Shown here piece after piece: positions 26,531-35,227 of a stretch of DNA of 64,000 nt. The DNA is from Gammaproteobacteria bacterium (lineage in GTDB: Bacteria; Pseudomonadota; Gammaproteobacteria; GCA-001735895), in contig JAUVCH010000001.1 in the NCBI GenBank assembly GCA_030595795.1, positions 38,678-102,677 on the forward strand. The letters are read 5' to 3'. The notes beneath the pieces are model-generated. The model was not told the origin of the DNA and searched no databases. It saw only the letters and a program-made list of their open reading frames with translations. Position 1 is the stretch's first letter, and each line of letters starts with the position of its first letter. Both the position numbers and the translations under genes were made by a program.

Positions 26531-28585
26531 ATGAGCAGAGATTCAAAATACGATATTTTATTCGAACCCGTCCAGATTGGTCCGATTACCACCAAAAATC
26601 GTTTCTACCAGGTTCCCCATTGTAATGGTTTGGGTCATGCACGACCGCGTGCCGAAGCCGCGAATCGTCGCGTCAAGGCCGAAGGTGGCTGGGGTGTGAT
26701 CTGTACGCAGGAAGTGGAAATTCACCCCAGTTCGGATGTATCCCCCTTTCTGGAAGGCAGGCTTTGGGATAATCTTGATATTCCACAGCATCGCCTGATG
26801 ACCGATGCCGTACATGAAAGTGGTGCGCTGGCCGGTATTGAGCTCGCCTATACAGGTCTCCATGCATCGAACCTCTATAGTCGTATCGCGCCGATGGCTC
26901 CTAGCGATGGCATGGTGTACGGCAATAACCCCTCGCAGTCGCGTGAAATGACTAAACGCGACATCAGAAATGTTCGTAAATGGCATGTCGAGGCCGCCAA
27001 ACGATCTCGCGAAGCGGGTTACGATATTGTCTACGTGTATGCCAGCCATGATCTCAGCGTGTTGCAGCATTTTCTCAAGCCGCAATACAATCAGAGGAGC
27101 GATGAATACGGTGGTAGTATCGAAAACCGCGTCCGTTTAACTCGTGAAATTTTGACCGATGTAAAAGAAGCGGTCGGCGATACCTGTGCCATCGCATTCC
27201 GTTTTGCGGTCGATGAGTTGCGTGGTCCGGATGGTTTGCAGGCCGAATGCGAAGGTCGAGACGTGATTGGACTGCTCGCCGAAATTCCCGATCTCTGGGA
27301 TGTGAATATTAGCGACTGGAGTAACGATTCGGCAACGGCGCGGTTTGAGCCCAACGAGGGTTTTCAGGAACCTTATACCGCGTTTGTGAAGTCGATGACC
27401 AGCAAGCCGGTAGTGGGTGTCGGGCGTTTTACTTCAGCCGATGCGATGGTCTCACAAATCAGGCGTGGCATACTCGATTTGATCGGCGCGGCTCGTCCCT
27501 CGATAGCCGACCCATACTTGCCGAATAAAATCGACGAAGGCCGCATCGAAGATATTCGAGAATGTATTGGCTGCAATATTTGCGTCGCACAAGACAACCT
27601 GGCCGCACCAATTCGCTGTACACAAAACCCGACTCAGGGTGAAGAATGGAAACGTGACTGGCATCCCGAGAAAATACAACCCGCTACCAGTAATGAGTCG
27701 GTACTGGTAGTCGGTGCAGGACCAGCCGGTCTGGAATGCGCGATGCAACTGGCGAATCGGGGTTATGAAGTGACGCTCGCCGAAGCCGGTGATGAACTCG
27801 GTGGTAGAGTGAGCCGAGAAAGTCAGTTACCGGGTTTATCGAGCTATGCGCGAGTACGGGACTATCGCGAAACTCAAATCGTGCAAAAACCAAATGTTCA
27901 AATATACAAAGGCAACCGACTCAGTGCTGAAGATATTTTTAAACTCGAAATCCCACATGTCATTTGTGCCACAGGCTCCAGTTGGCGACGCGATGGAGTC
28001 GGGCGGCATCATGCTTTTGCGGTCGATGGTATCGACGCAGTTGCGGTCTTAACCCCTGACGATGTGATGGCAGGTTCTGAAATTGGGCAACGCGTTTTAA
28101 TTTATGACGACGATCACTATTACCTTGGTAACACGATTGCGGAGCTTTGCGTTCAACGGGGTAAGCAAGTGTGCCTGGTCACGCCGGACAGTCTTATTTC
28201 AAGCTGGACAGAATATACGCTTGAGCAGGAAAAGGTTCACGCTCGCTTGTCGGCCCTCGGTGTTGAGATGATTACGTTACATGCCTTGCAATCTGTGAAT
28301 GCCGAACGAGCGTCGATTGCCAGTGTTTATGATGCTAATCAGGCGCGTGATATTGAATATGACTCGTTGATTATGATTACTTCCCGAACACCAGATAACT
28401 CGGTTTACACTGATTTGCTAGCGCAAGAGAATAAATTTAAAACGCTGATCGCAATCGGTGACTGCGAAGTGCCGAGTACCGTCGCTGCTGCGGTTTATGC
28501 AGGGCATTTGGCAGCTCGGAACCTGGATAGTGGCGAGGATTTTTATGCGCCGTTGTTTCGGCGGGAAATGCCGGGGCTGGATTAG
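26531..28585 (+). CDS. TMADH/histamine dehydrogenase-family iron-sulfur flavoprotein, paralog 2
   Basis: NRFYQVPHCNG, CTQEVEIHP, ARPSIADP, ECIGCNIC...CTQNP, GAGPAGLE. Confidence 0.85.
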   Translation: MSRDSKYDILFEPVQIGPITTKNRFYQVPHCNGLGHARPRAEAANRRVKAEGGWGVICTQEVEIHPSSDVSPFLEGRLWDNLDIPQHRLMTDAVHESGALAGIELAYTGLHASNLYSRIAPMAPSDGMVYGNNPSQSREMTKRDIRNVRKWHVEAAKRSREAGYDIVYVYASHDLSVLQHFLKPQYNQRSDEYGGSIENRVRLTREILTDVKEAVGDTCAIAFRFAVDELRGPDGLQAECEGRDVIGLLAEIPDLWDVNISDWSNDSATARFEPNEGFQEPYTAFVKSMTSKPVVGVGRFTSADAMVSQIRRGILDLIGAARPSIADPYLPNKIDEGRIEDIRECIGCNICVAQDNLAAPIRCTQNPTQGEEWKRDWHPEKIQPATSNESVLVVGAGPAGLECAMQLANRGYEVTLAEAGDELGGRVSRESQLPGLSSYARVRDYRETQIVQKPNVQIYKGNRLSAEDIFKLEIPHVICATGSSWRRDGVGRHHAFAVDGIDAVAVLTPDDVMAGSEIGQRVLIYDDDHYYLGNTIAELCVQRGKQVCLVTPDSLISSWTEYTLEQEKVHARLSALGVEMITLHALQSVNAERASIASVYDANQARDIEYDSLIMITSRTPDNSVYTDLLAQENKFKTLIAIGDCEVPSTVAAAVYAGHLAARNLDSGEDFYAPLFRREMPGLD

Positions 28586-29499
28586 CCCTTATTAGCCGCC
28601 AAAACATAAAGCATTTCCAGCCCTAATGTAGCACCCGCCAGCGCAGTAATCTCCGCGTAATCATAAGATGGTGCAACTTCGACCAAATCCATGCCGACCA
28701 GGTTAAGGCCTACTAACCCGCGAATTATTTTAAGTGCTCGATCGGAACTCAATCCTCCGACGACCGGTGTACCGGTTCCCGGCGCATACGCCGGATCCAG
28801 GCAATCTATATCGAAGGTTAGGTAACAGGGCATATCACCTACGCGTTGTTTAATACGAGTGATAATTTTATCCGCCGTCAGGTCATTCGCTTCGGCAGCA
28901 TTAATCACTTCGAACTCGTGTTTGCTCTCGGTGTATTCAGTGCGTATGCCAATCTGGATACTATGATCAGCATCGATCAGGCCTTCGCGTGGTGCGTGAT
29001 AAAACATACTGCCGTGATTGTAGGTTGAGCCTTCTTCTTCGTAGGTGTCTGTATGCGCGTCAAAATGAATCATCGCGAGTTTGCCATGTGCTCTTTGGTG
29101 GGCACGCATTAACGGCAGGGTGACATAGTGATCGCCGCCAAAACTTAATGTGGTTTTGCCTGCGGCTAACAGAGCGTCGTAGTGCTGGTCGATGCCATCA
29201 CAGAAGGCTTCGTGACTACCTGCGGGAAATTCGAGATCGCCGTAGTCAGCTACACGAATTTTATCGAAAGCACAGAAATTCCAGGGAAAGCGTTTTTCCT
29301 CCCATCGCAGATTAGCACTGGCTTGACGAATTGCGGCTGGACCACTACGCGTACCAGCACGACCTGTGGCTGCAAGATCGTAAGGCAAACCAATGATGAA
29401 TACATCCGCGTCGTCCAGGTTACGGCTAAGCGGCGCACCCATATAGCCAAATATATTGGCGTGGATGGAAAAGCTATTGGTGAAGTCATGGTCTGCCAT
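28582..29499 (-). CDS. speB: Agmatinase (ureohydrolase family)
   Basis: GPAAIRQAS, GGDH, HFDAHTD, HGSMF, TFDIDCLDPAYAPGTGTP, DLVEVAP. Confidence 0.9.
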   Translation of the reverse strand: MADHDFTNSFSIHANIFGYMGAPLSRNLDDADVFIIGLPYDLAATGRAGTRSGPAAIRQASANLRWEEKRFPWNFCAFDKIRVADYGDLEFPAGSHEAFCDGIDQHYDALLAAGKTTLSFGGDHYVTLPLMRAHQRAHGKLAMIHFDAHTDTYEEEGSTYNHGSMFYHAPREGLIDADHSIQIGIRTEYTESKHEFEVINAAEANDLTADKIITRIKQRVGDMPCYLTFDIDCLDPAYAPGTGTPVVGGLSSDRALKIIRGLVGLNLVGMDLVEVAPSYDYAEITALAGATLGLEMLYVLAANKG

Positions 29500-29518
29500 A
29501 TTGATGTTTATCCTTTAT

Positions 29519-30880
29519 TTATAAATACCAGTCGTATTCTCTGGCGCTGATGTATTGTTCGAATGCAAATGTTTCAGATTCACGATGCTGGCAATATAGC
29601 TCGATAAAATCACGTCCTAATAGTTTGATGAAAGCTTCGCTGCCGATAGTGGCGCTTAGCGCTGAAGCCAGATTTAACGGCAGATTCTGGTCCCGACCTT
29701 TTACGGACTCCTGACAGGCTTTGCCGGGTTCAAGTTTATTCTTGATGCCGTGGAGCATACTGGCAAGAGTAATCGCCATTGCCAGATAAGGATTAGCATC
29801 GGCTCCTGGGACTCGGTTTTCGACTCTCCAGGCATTGTCTTTTGCCAGCGGAATACGAAATGCCACGGTTCGGTTTTCGTTGCCCCAGGTCAGACTAACG
29901 GGTGCGCAGTTGCTGCCACCGGTATATCGACGGTAGGAGTTAATATTCGGTGCCCAGAAAGACATCGCCGCTGGCATGCAGTCGATCAGTCCACCGATGG
30001 CCTGCATGAGACGCGGATGCGGTTTGTCGCCAGCGGCAAAAATATTCTGACCTTTTTTGTCAACCACACTGATGTGCATGTGCAATCCGTTACCCGGTTG
30101 CTCTAGCACCGGTTTTGCGATAAAACTCGCCATCATGCCGTGCTTTTTCGCAATTTCCATTACCACTCGTTTAAACAGGCAAGTCTCATCTGCTGCGCGT
30201 AATACATCGCTATGATGGTTGAAATTGATTTCGAATTGCCCGGCTCCCATTTCTGATGAGATTGCGCCGGTTTCGATATTCTGTAATTTGCAGGCCGCAG
30301 TGATGTCATCAATCACCTCTTCGAAATCGGATATTCGGCTGCTGGAAAGCACTGTTGCGGTATCGATCTGCCCCGTTTTTGGGTTCCGCACGGTTTGCAC
30401 CAGATTGTTTTCGTCCCGGTTTTTATCGAACAAATAAAATTCCAGCTCGAAAGCAACCATCGGCCGCCATTTGTTTTTTTCGAAGCTGTTTAAAACGTGG
30501 GACAGGACATTGCGGGGCTCAAAAAATACCGGTTGCCCATCATTAACAGAGGTGGCCATGACCTGTAATCGAGGCTTGTTACCCCAGTTGTTTACTGCCA
30601 GGCTATCGCCGATGAGATTAAAATGCGCATCTGGGTCACCGTCTTCGGTACCATAATATATATCGTCGAGGGATTCACCGCGGGTGCCAAGGACGAACAT
30701 GCTCATTGGAAACGCTAATCCATCCTGAATAAAAGATTTTATTTTATCGACAGGGTAGCGTTTGCCGAAAAAGTGGCCGCTTATATCGACACATAGCACT
30801 TCGAGCTCTTCGATTTTGGGGTATTGTTTTAATAAAACAGCTGCTTTTTGCAATATCGGGTTGCCGGATTTCTGATTCAT
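29519..30880 (-). CDS. Second glutamine synthetase-family gamma-glutamyl ligase (PuuA-like)
   Basis: AFELEFYL, SEMGAGQFEINF, GNGLHMHIS, WGNENRTVAFRIP, ENRVPGADANPYL. Confidence 0.85.
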   Translation of the reverse strand: MNQKSGNPILQKAAVLLKQYPKIEELEVLCVDISGHFFGKRYPVDKIKSFIQDGLAFPMSMFVLGTRGESLDDIYYGTEDGDPDAHFNLIGDSLAVNNWGNKPRLQVMATSVNDGQPVFFEPRNVLSHVLNSFEKNKWRPMVAFELEFYLFDKNRDENNLVQTVRNPKTGQIDTATVLSSSRISDFEEVIDDITAACKLQNIETGAISSEMGAGQFEINFNHHSDVLRAADETCLFKRVVMEIAKKHGMMASFIAKPVLEQPGNGLHMHISVVDKKGQNIFAAGDKPHPRLMQAIGGLIDCMPAAMSFWAPNINSYRRYTGGSNCAPVSLTWGNENRTVAFRIPLAKDNAWRVENRVPGADANPYLAMAITLASMLHGIKNKLEPGKACQESVKGRDQNLPLNLASALSATIGSEAFIKLLGRDFIELYCQHRESETFAFEQYISAREYDWYL

Positions 30881-30916
30881 AATCCCTGGTCCTCGGTTAT
30901 TTAGTCTCAATATAGT

Positions 30917-31636
30917 TTAGATAGGCTCGGGCGTTGCCATGAAAAAGTCGTGTATGCCTTTGATGGATTTAATCGAAGCGATACCGTCGCGTATGTCGGA
31001 TTCGATGGCCTGTTTCAGCGCCTCGGCATCCTTCTGTTTTAGCGCAGCGATAGCTTCCTGATGCCGGTCAACCAGATAGACCTTTTCCAGTCGACTAATG
31101 GCGACTCTTGAGAAAGGCCCAAGCTGTAACCATAGGCTCTCGATAAGTGGCACTGAAATTTGAACTGGATTATTCATGTACAGGCTGCGATGGAACTCCT
31201 GATTTACAAGGCTGATATCCTCAATATTACCAGCCGCAATCGCATCATCGATTTGTTTGTCGAGTTGTTCCAGCCTGTCGATGTCTTCTGTCTCGATATA
31301 AGGTAGTGCATTTACTGCGGCGTGAGTCTCCAGCAATATCCGCAGCTCGCATAATTCGTTAAATTTTTCGGCAGTCATGTCTGGAACAATCATGCGGCGA
31401 TTACCCTTCACTTCGACTGCACCCTCGCTAGCGAGTCGGTGTAAAGCTTCTCGAATCGGCATTGGGCTGACATCAAGCACAGCAGCCAGTCCACGAATGG
31501 TCAGTGCCTTGCCAGGTTCTATTCTGCCGCATAACAGGTTGCTACGTAAAAGCTGATAAACCCATTGATGGGTTTTCAAATCAGATGATTTTTCCTGCAT
31601 GCGCAATCCCAGCTTAGACGATCTGGATGATTTCAT
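30917..31636 (-). CDS. GntR/FadR-family (FCD) transcriptional regulator
   Basis: TIRGLAAVLDVSPMPIREALHRL wHTH; FCD domain motifs NQEFH, DRH. Start uncertain (31600, 31636 or 31672). Confidence 0.85.
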   Translation of the reverse strand: MKSSRSSKLGLRMQEKSSDLKTHQWVYQLLRSNLLCGRIEPGKALTIRGLAAVLDVSPMPIREALHRLASEGAVEVKGNRRMIVPDMTAEKFNELCELRILLETHAAVNALPYIETEDIDRLEQLDKQIDDAIAAGNIEDISLVNQEFHRSLYMNNPVQISVPLIESLWLQLGPFSRVAISRLEKVYLVDRHQEAIAALKQKDAEALKQAIESDIRDGIASIKSIKGIHDFFMATPEPI

Positions 31637-31712
31637 GGATACGCTGTTACCTCTGTAACGTCGGATAATCATAGCCGCTGGATCACCAGGATTAGTAATT
31701 GATATAAGCGGC

Positions 31713-31757
31713 TTGATCTTATTGGGGCATTGTGATCACATTGTCAGCGTCATGCAA
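31713..31757. promoter_or_regulatory. Divergent promoters sharing operator TGTGATCACA (31731-31740)
   Basis: Minus strand: TTGCAT-N17-CACAAT toward the GntR gene. Plus strand: TTGATC-N18-CACATT toward the amidotransferase. Confidence 0.6.
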
Positions 31758-31814
31758 GGCATTAGGCGTCGCTAGTTCTTCGGCGGCATTTAAATTGGAT
31801 CAGGTAGTAGAAAA

Positions 31815-32540
31815 ATGAATATCGGTATACTCGAAACGGGATTATTGAACGAGAAGCTCAATGGTCGATACGAACCCTATCCAGTGATGTTTGCCGCATT
31901 GCTAGATCGGGCGGGCAAAGGCCTGAGCTATCAAAGCTATAGTGTTATTAATGGTGAAATGCCTGACTCGGTTCGCGACTGTGATGGCTGGTTAATTACC
32001 GGCTCACGTCATGGCGTTTATGAAAACCTGCCCTGGATGCTCGATTTGCAGACTTTCATTCGCGAGATTGATGCAGCCAAAATCCCATTGGTTGGTATTT
32101 GTTTTGGCCACCAGATAGTTGCTCAGGCGCTTGGTGGTGAAGTAGTTAAATCGGATAAAGGCTGGGGTATAGGCGTGCAGTCTTATCAGATAGATAATGT
32201 CCAGCCATGGATGCAGCAAACTCGCGATCAGGTCTATATCTATGCGTTTCATCAGGACCAAATAGTTGAGTTGCCGCCGCGGGCACAGATTTACTCGAGC
32301 TCTGAATTTTGCCCCTACGCGGGACTTAGCTATGGAGACTCGATCATCACTATGCAAGCTCACCCTGAGTTTGAAGAAGAGTACGAAGTGGCGCTGCTGG
32401 AAATGTATGGTGGAAATATAGTGGCCGAAAACGAGGCCGAAGAGGCGCTGAAATGGATGAGAAGCACAGGTCAGAAAGCGGATACTCAGATGCTGGCTGA
32501 GTGGATAGTGGAATTTTTTGTGCGCTCTAGTCAGGTCTGA
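31815..32540 (+). CDS. Class I glutamine amidotransferase-like hydrolase (candidate gamma-glutamyl-amide hydrolase)
   Basis: ITGSRH, GICFGHQ nucleophile elbow, HQD, QAHPEF. Confidence 0.85.
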   Translation: MNIGILETGLLNEKLNGRYEPYPVMFAALLDRAGKGLSYQSYSVINGEMPDSVRDCDGWLITGSRHGVYENLPWMLDLQTFIREIDAAKIPLVGICFGHQIVAQALGGEVVKSDKGWGIGVQSYQIDNVQPWMQQTRDQVYIYAFHQDQIVELPPRAQIYSSSEFCPYAGLSYGDSIITMQAHPEFEEEYEVALLEMYGGNIVAENEAEEALKWMRSTGQKADTQMLAEWIVEFFVRSSQV

Positions 32541-32665
32541 GGAATAAGAGGCATCATCGCCCAAACTTATTAGTTTCATATTGAAACTAGAAACTTGCTG
32601 GGTGGGTCTTAATCATATACTGTTGCATTTAATCTCGTTGCTGGCTACCGATACAGGATATTGCA

Positions 32666-35164
32666 ATGAATATCTTAATTTTTCTGGGCGCTTTACTGGC
32701 GCTAATTTACGCCATAGCGCGGCATAACCTGGTATTTAAGGCCGTTACTGTGGTCACCGCAGCGTTTCTCGCAGTGTTTACGCTAGCAGGTGGTTTTAGT
32801 TTCTTTTGGGGGCTGCTGGTCTGGGTTCTATTCCTCGTCCCGACTATTTTTCTGGGACTCCCTGAAATACGATTACAATTTCTTTCCAGGCCTCTATTAA
32901 AACGTATCAAGTCTGTGCTGCCGCCAATGTCGGACACTGAGCGCGATGCTATACAGGCGGGTTCGGTCTGGTGGGAAGCAGAATTATTTCGCGGTGCACC
33001 CGACTGGAGCCTGTTGCAAAATTATGAAAAACCTCAGCTGAGCGATGAAGAGCAGACCTTCCTCGATGGGCCGGTCGAAGAATTATGTCGGACTATCGAC
33101 GACTGGGATATTACCCACAACCGCATGGATTTGCCGGAATCGATGTGGACTTATCTGAAGAAAAATGGTTTCTTCTGCATGATTATCCCCAAAAGGTACG
33201 GTGGGATGGAATTTACCGCCCTGGGTCATTCCGCTGTAGTGTGCAAGATTTCTGCGCGAAGCATATCTGTCGGGGTTACGGTCATGGTGCCGAACTCATT
33301 AGGCCCGGCCGAGTTGTTATTGCATTACGGTACCAAAGCTCAAAAGGATCACTACCTGCCGCGTCTGGCTGATGGCAGAGAAATTCCCTGCTTCGCCCTT
33401 ACTGGCCCGACTGCCGGCTCCGATGCCGGCTCGATACCTGATACCGGTATTGTTTGCAAGGGCAAGCACGATGGCAAGGAAGTTATCGGACTTCGATTAA
33501 ACTGGGAAAAACGCTATATCACACTGGGGCCAGTGGCGACAGTGCTGGGTCTGGCGTTCAAAGCTTACGACCCGGATGGCCTACTCGGTGACGAAGTCGA
33601 ACTTGGAATCACCTGTGCGCTAATACCGACAGACGCCGAGGGCGTCACGATTGGTAATCGACATTTCCCACTCAATTCGGCTTTCATGAATGGCCCAAAC
33701 AGTGGCAAGGATGTGTTCATTCCGATGGGATATCTGATTGGCGGCGAGGCTAACATTGGCAAAGGCTGGCGTATGCTGGTCGAGTCTTTATCGGCAGGCC
33801 GGGGAATATCGTTACCCGCAGTAGGAGCTGCATCTGGAAAGTCCTGTTCGAGATTAACCGGTGCTTACGCTCGAATCAGGCATCAATTCAATACATCGAT
33901 TGGTAAATTTGAGGGTGTCGAAGAAGCCCTGGCGCGCATCGGTGGTATGACTTATATGATGGATGCTGGGCGGTTATTGACACTGTCTGCCCTCGACAGT
34001 GGTGAGAAACCATCGGTTGTGACTGCCATATTGAAACACTACAACACCGAACATATGCGTCAGGTAATCAATGATTCGATGGATGTGCATGGTGGCAAAG
34101 GAATATGTATGGGCCCCAGCAATTACCTGGGGCGTGCCTATCAATCGATTCCGGTTGGTATCACGGTCGAGGGTGCTAATATTCTTACCCGTAGCATGAT
34201 CATATTTGGACAGGGTGCGATTCGTTGTCATCCGTTTCTGATGAAGGAGATGGAAAGCGCTTCCATGATCGACAAAGCGGTTGCTGAAAAGGCCTTTGAT
34301 CGTGCTCTTAGAGGGCACATGGTTTATTTCGCGACTAATCTCTGTCGTGCTTTTATCTTTGGATTGAGCGGCAGTCATTTTGCACGGTCGCCGGTTTCGG
34401 GGCGACTGGCGAATTATTACCAACGACTGGGACAAATGAGTGCAGTGTTTGCAGTGACCTCGGATCTTGCGTTGATGATTCTGGGCGGAGCATTTAAGCG
34501 CAAGGAAATGCTTTCGGGACGCTTCGCTGATGCCCTCGGTTATATGTTTTACGCCTCGGCCGTGTTGAAAAAATTTGATGATGACGGGCGCCCAAGAACT
34601 GATTTGCCGTTAGTCGAATGGGCCGTCAAATACTGCCTCTATGAGATACAGGAAGCCCTTGATGAGGTATTACGTAATTTTCCAGTTAAGTGGCTCGGTG
34701 TACTGGTGCGCTCGATTGTATTTCCGCTGGGCACGAGTTTACGTCAGCCGAATAACTCGCTCAGTCATCGAGTCGCTGCATTAATGATAAAACCGGGAGA
34801 GGCACGTGACAGGCTCACCGAAGGGCTATATATTAGCGATGATCCGGACGACGTCACCGGTTGCCTGGAGGATGCGCTCAGCAAACGTGTCATTGCTGAA
34901 CCGATAGAGCGACGATTACGGGCCGAAGGTCAGGTGAAATCAGATTTGCAGAGCGACCAGCAATGGTTAGAATCTCTTTGTGCTGATGGCTTTGTAACCA
35001 AAGAAGAAGCAGAGATATTGAAAGCTGCGCAGATAGCTACCAGAAAGGTTATAATGGTCGATGATTTTTCCCCGGAGCAAATGGGTAAAACAGCCACCAA
35101 AAAAGCAAAAACAAAAAGTAACGTGAAAAGGGTCATTAAAAAAGATAAGTCAGCGGAAGATTAA
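32666..35164 (+). CDS. fadE: Acyl-CoA dehydrogenase FadE
   Basis: PPMSDTE, VMVPNSLGPAELL, CFALTGPTAGSDA, KRYITLGP, ITVEGANILTR; N-terminal TM segments. Confidence 0.9.
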   Translation: MNILIFLGALLALIYAIARHNLVFKAVTVVTAAFLAVFTLAGGFSFFWGLLVWVLFLVPTIFLGLPEIRLQFLSRPLLKRIKSVLPPMSDTERDAIQAGSVWWEAELFRGAPDWSLLQNYEKPQLSDEEQTFLDGPVEELCRTIDDWDITHNRMDLPESMWTYLKKNGFFCMIIPKRYGGMEFTALGHSAVVCKISARSISVGVTVMVPNSLGPAELLLHYGTKAQKDHYLPRLADGREIPCFALTGPTAGSDAGSIPDTGIVCKGKHDGKEVIGLRLNWEKRYITLGPVATVLGLAFKAYDPDGLLGDEVELGITCALIPTDAEGVTIGNRHFPLNSAFMNGPNSGKDVFIPMGYLIGGEANIGKGWRMLVESLSAGRGISLPAVGAASGKSCSRLTGAYARIRHQFNTSIGKFEGVEEALARIGGMTYMMDAGRLLTLSALDSGEKPSVVTAILKHYNTEHMRQVINDSMDVHGGKGICMGPSNYLGRAYQSIPVGITVEGANILTRSMIIFGQGAIRCHPFLMKEMESASMIDKAVAEKAFDRALRGHMVYFATNLCRAFIFGLSGSHFARSPVSGRLANYYQRLGQMSAVFAVTSDLALMILGGAFKRKEMLSGRFADALGYMFYASAVLKKFDDDGRPRTDLPLVEWAVKYCLYEIQEALDEVLRNFPVKWLGVLVRSIVFPLGTSLRQPNNSLSHRVAALMIKPGEARDRLTEGLYISDDPDDVTGCLEDALSKRVIAEPIERRLRAEGQVKSDLQSDQQWLESLCADGFVTKEEAEILKAAQIATRKVIMVDDFSPEQMGKTATKKAKTKSNVKRVIKKDKSAED

Positions 35165-35227
35165 AATGAATAAGCAGCTCGAAAGCCATTAATTGGTTAA
35201 TGCTGCAACCAGAGCGAGGAATAACAA

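Noticed and set aside
35080-35164. Lys-rich C-terminal tail on FadE
   Set aside because: A short low-complexity extension with no evidence of a separate function.
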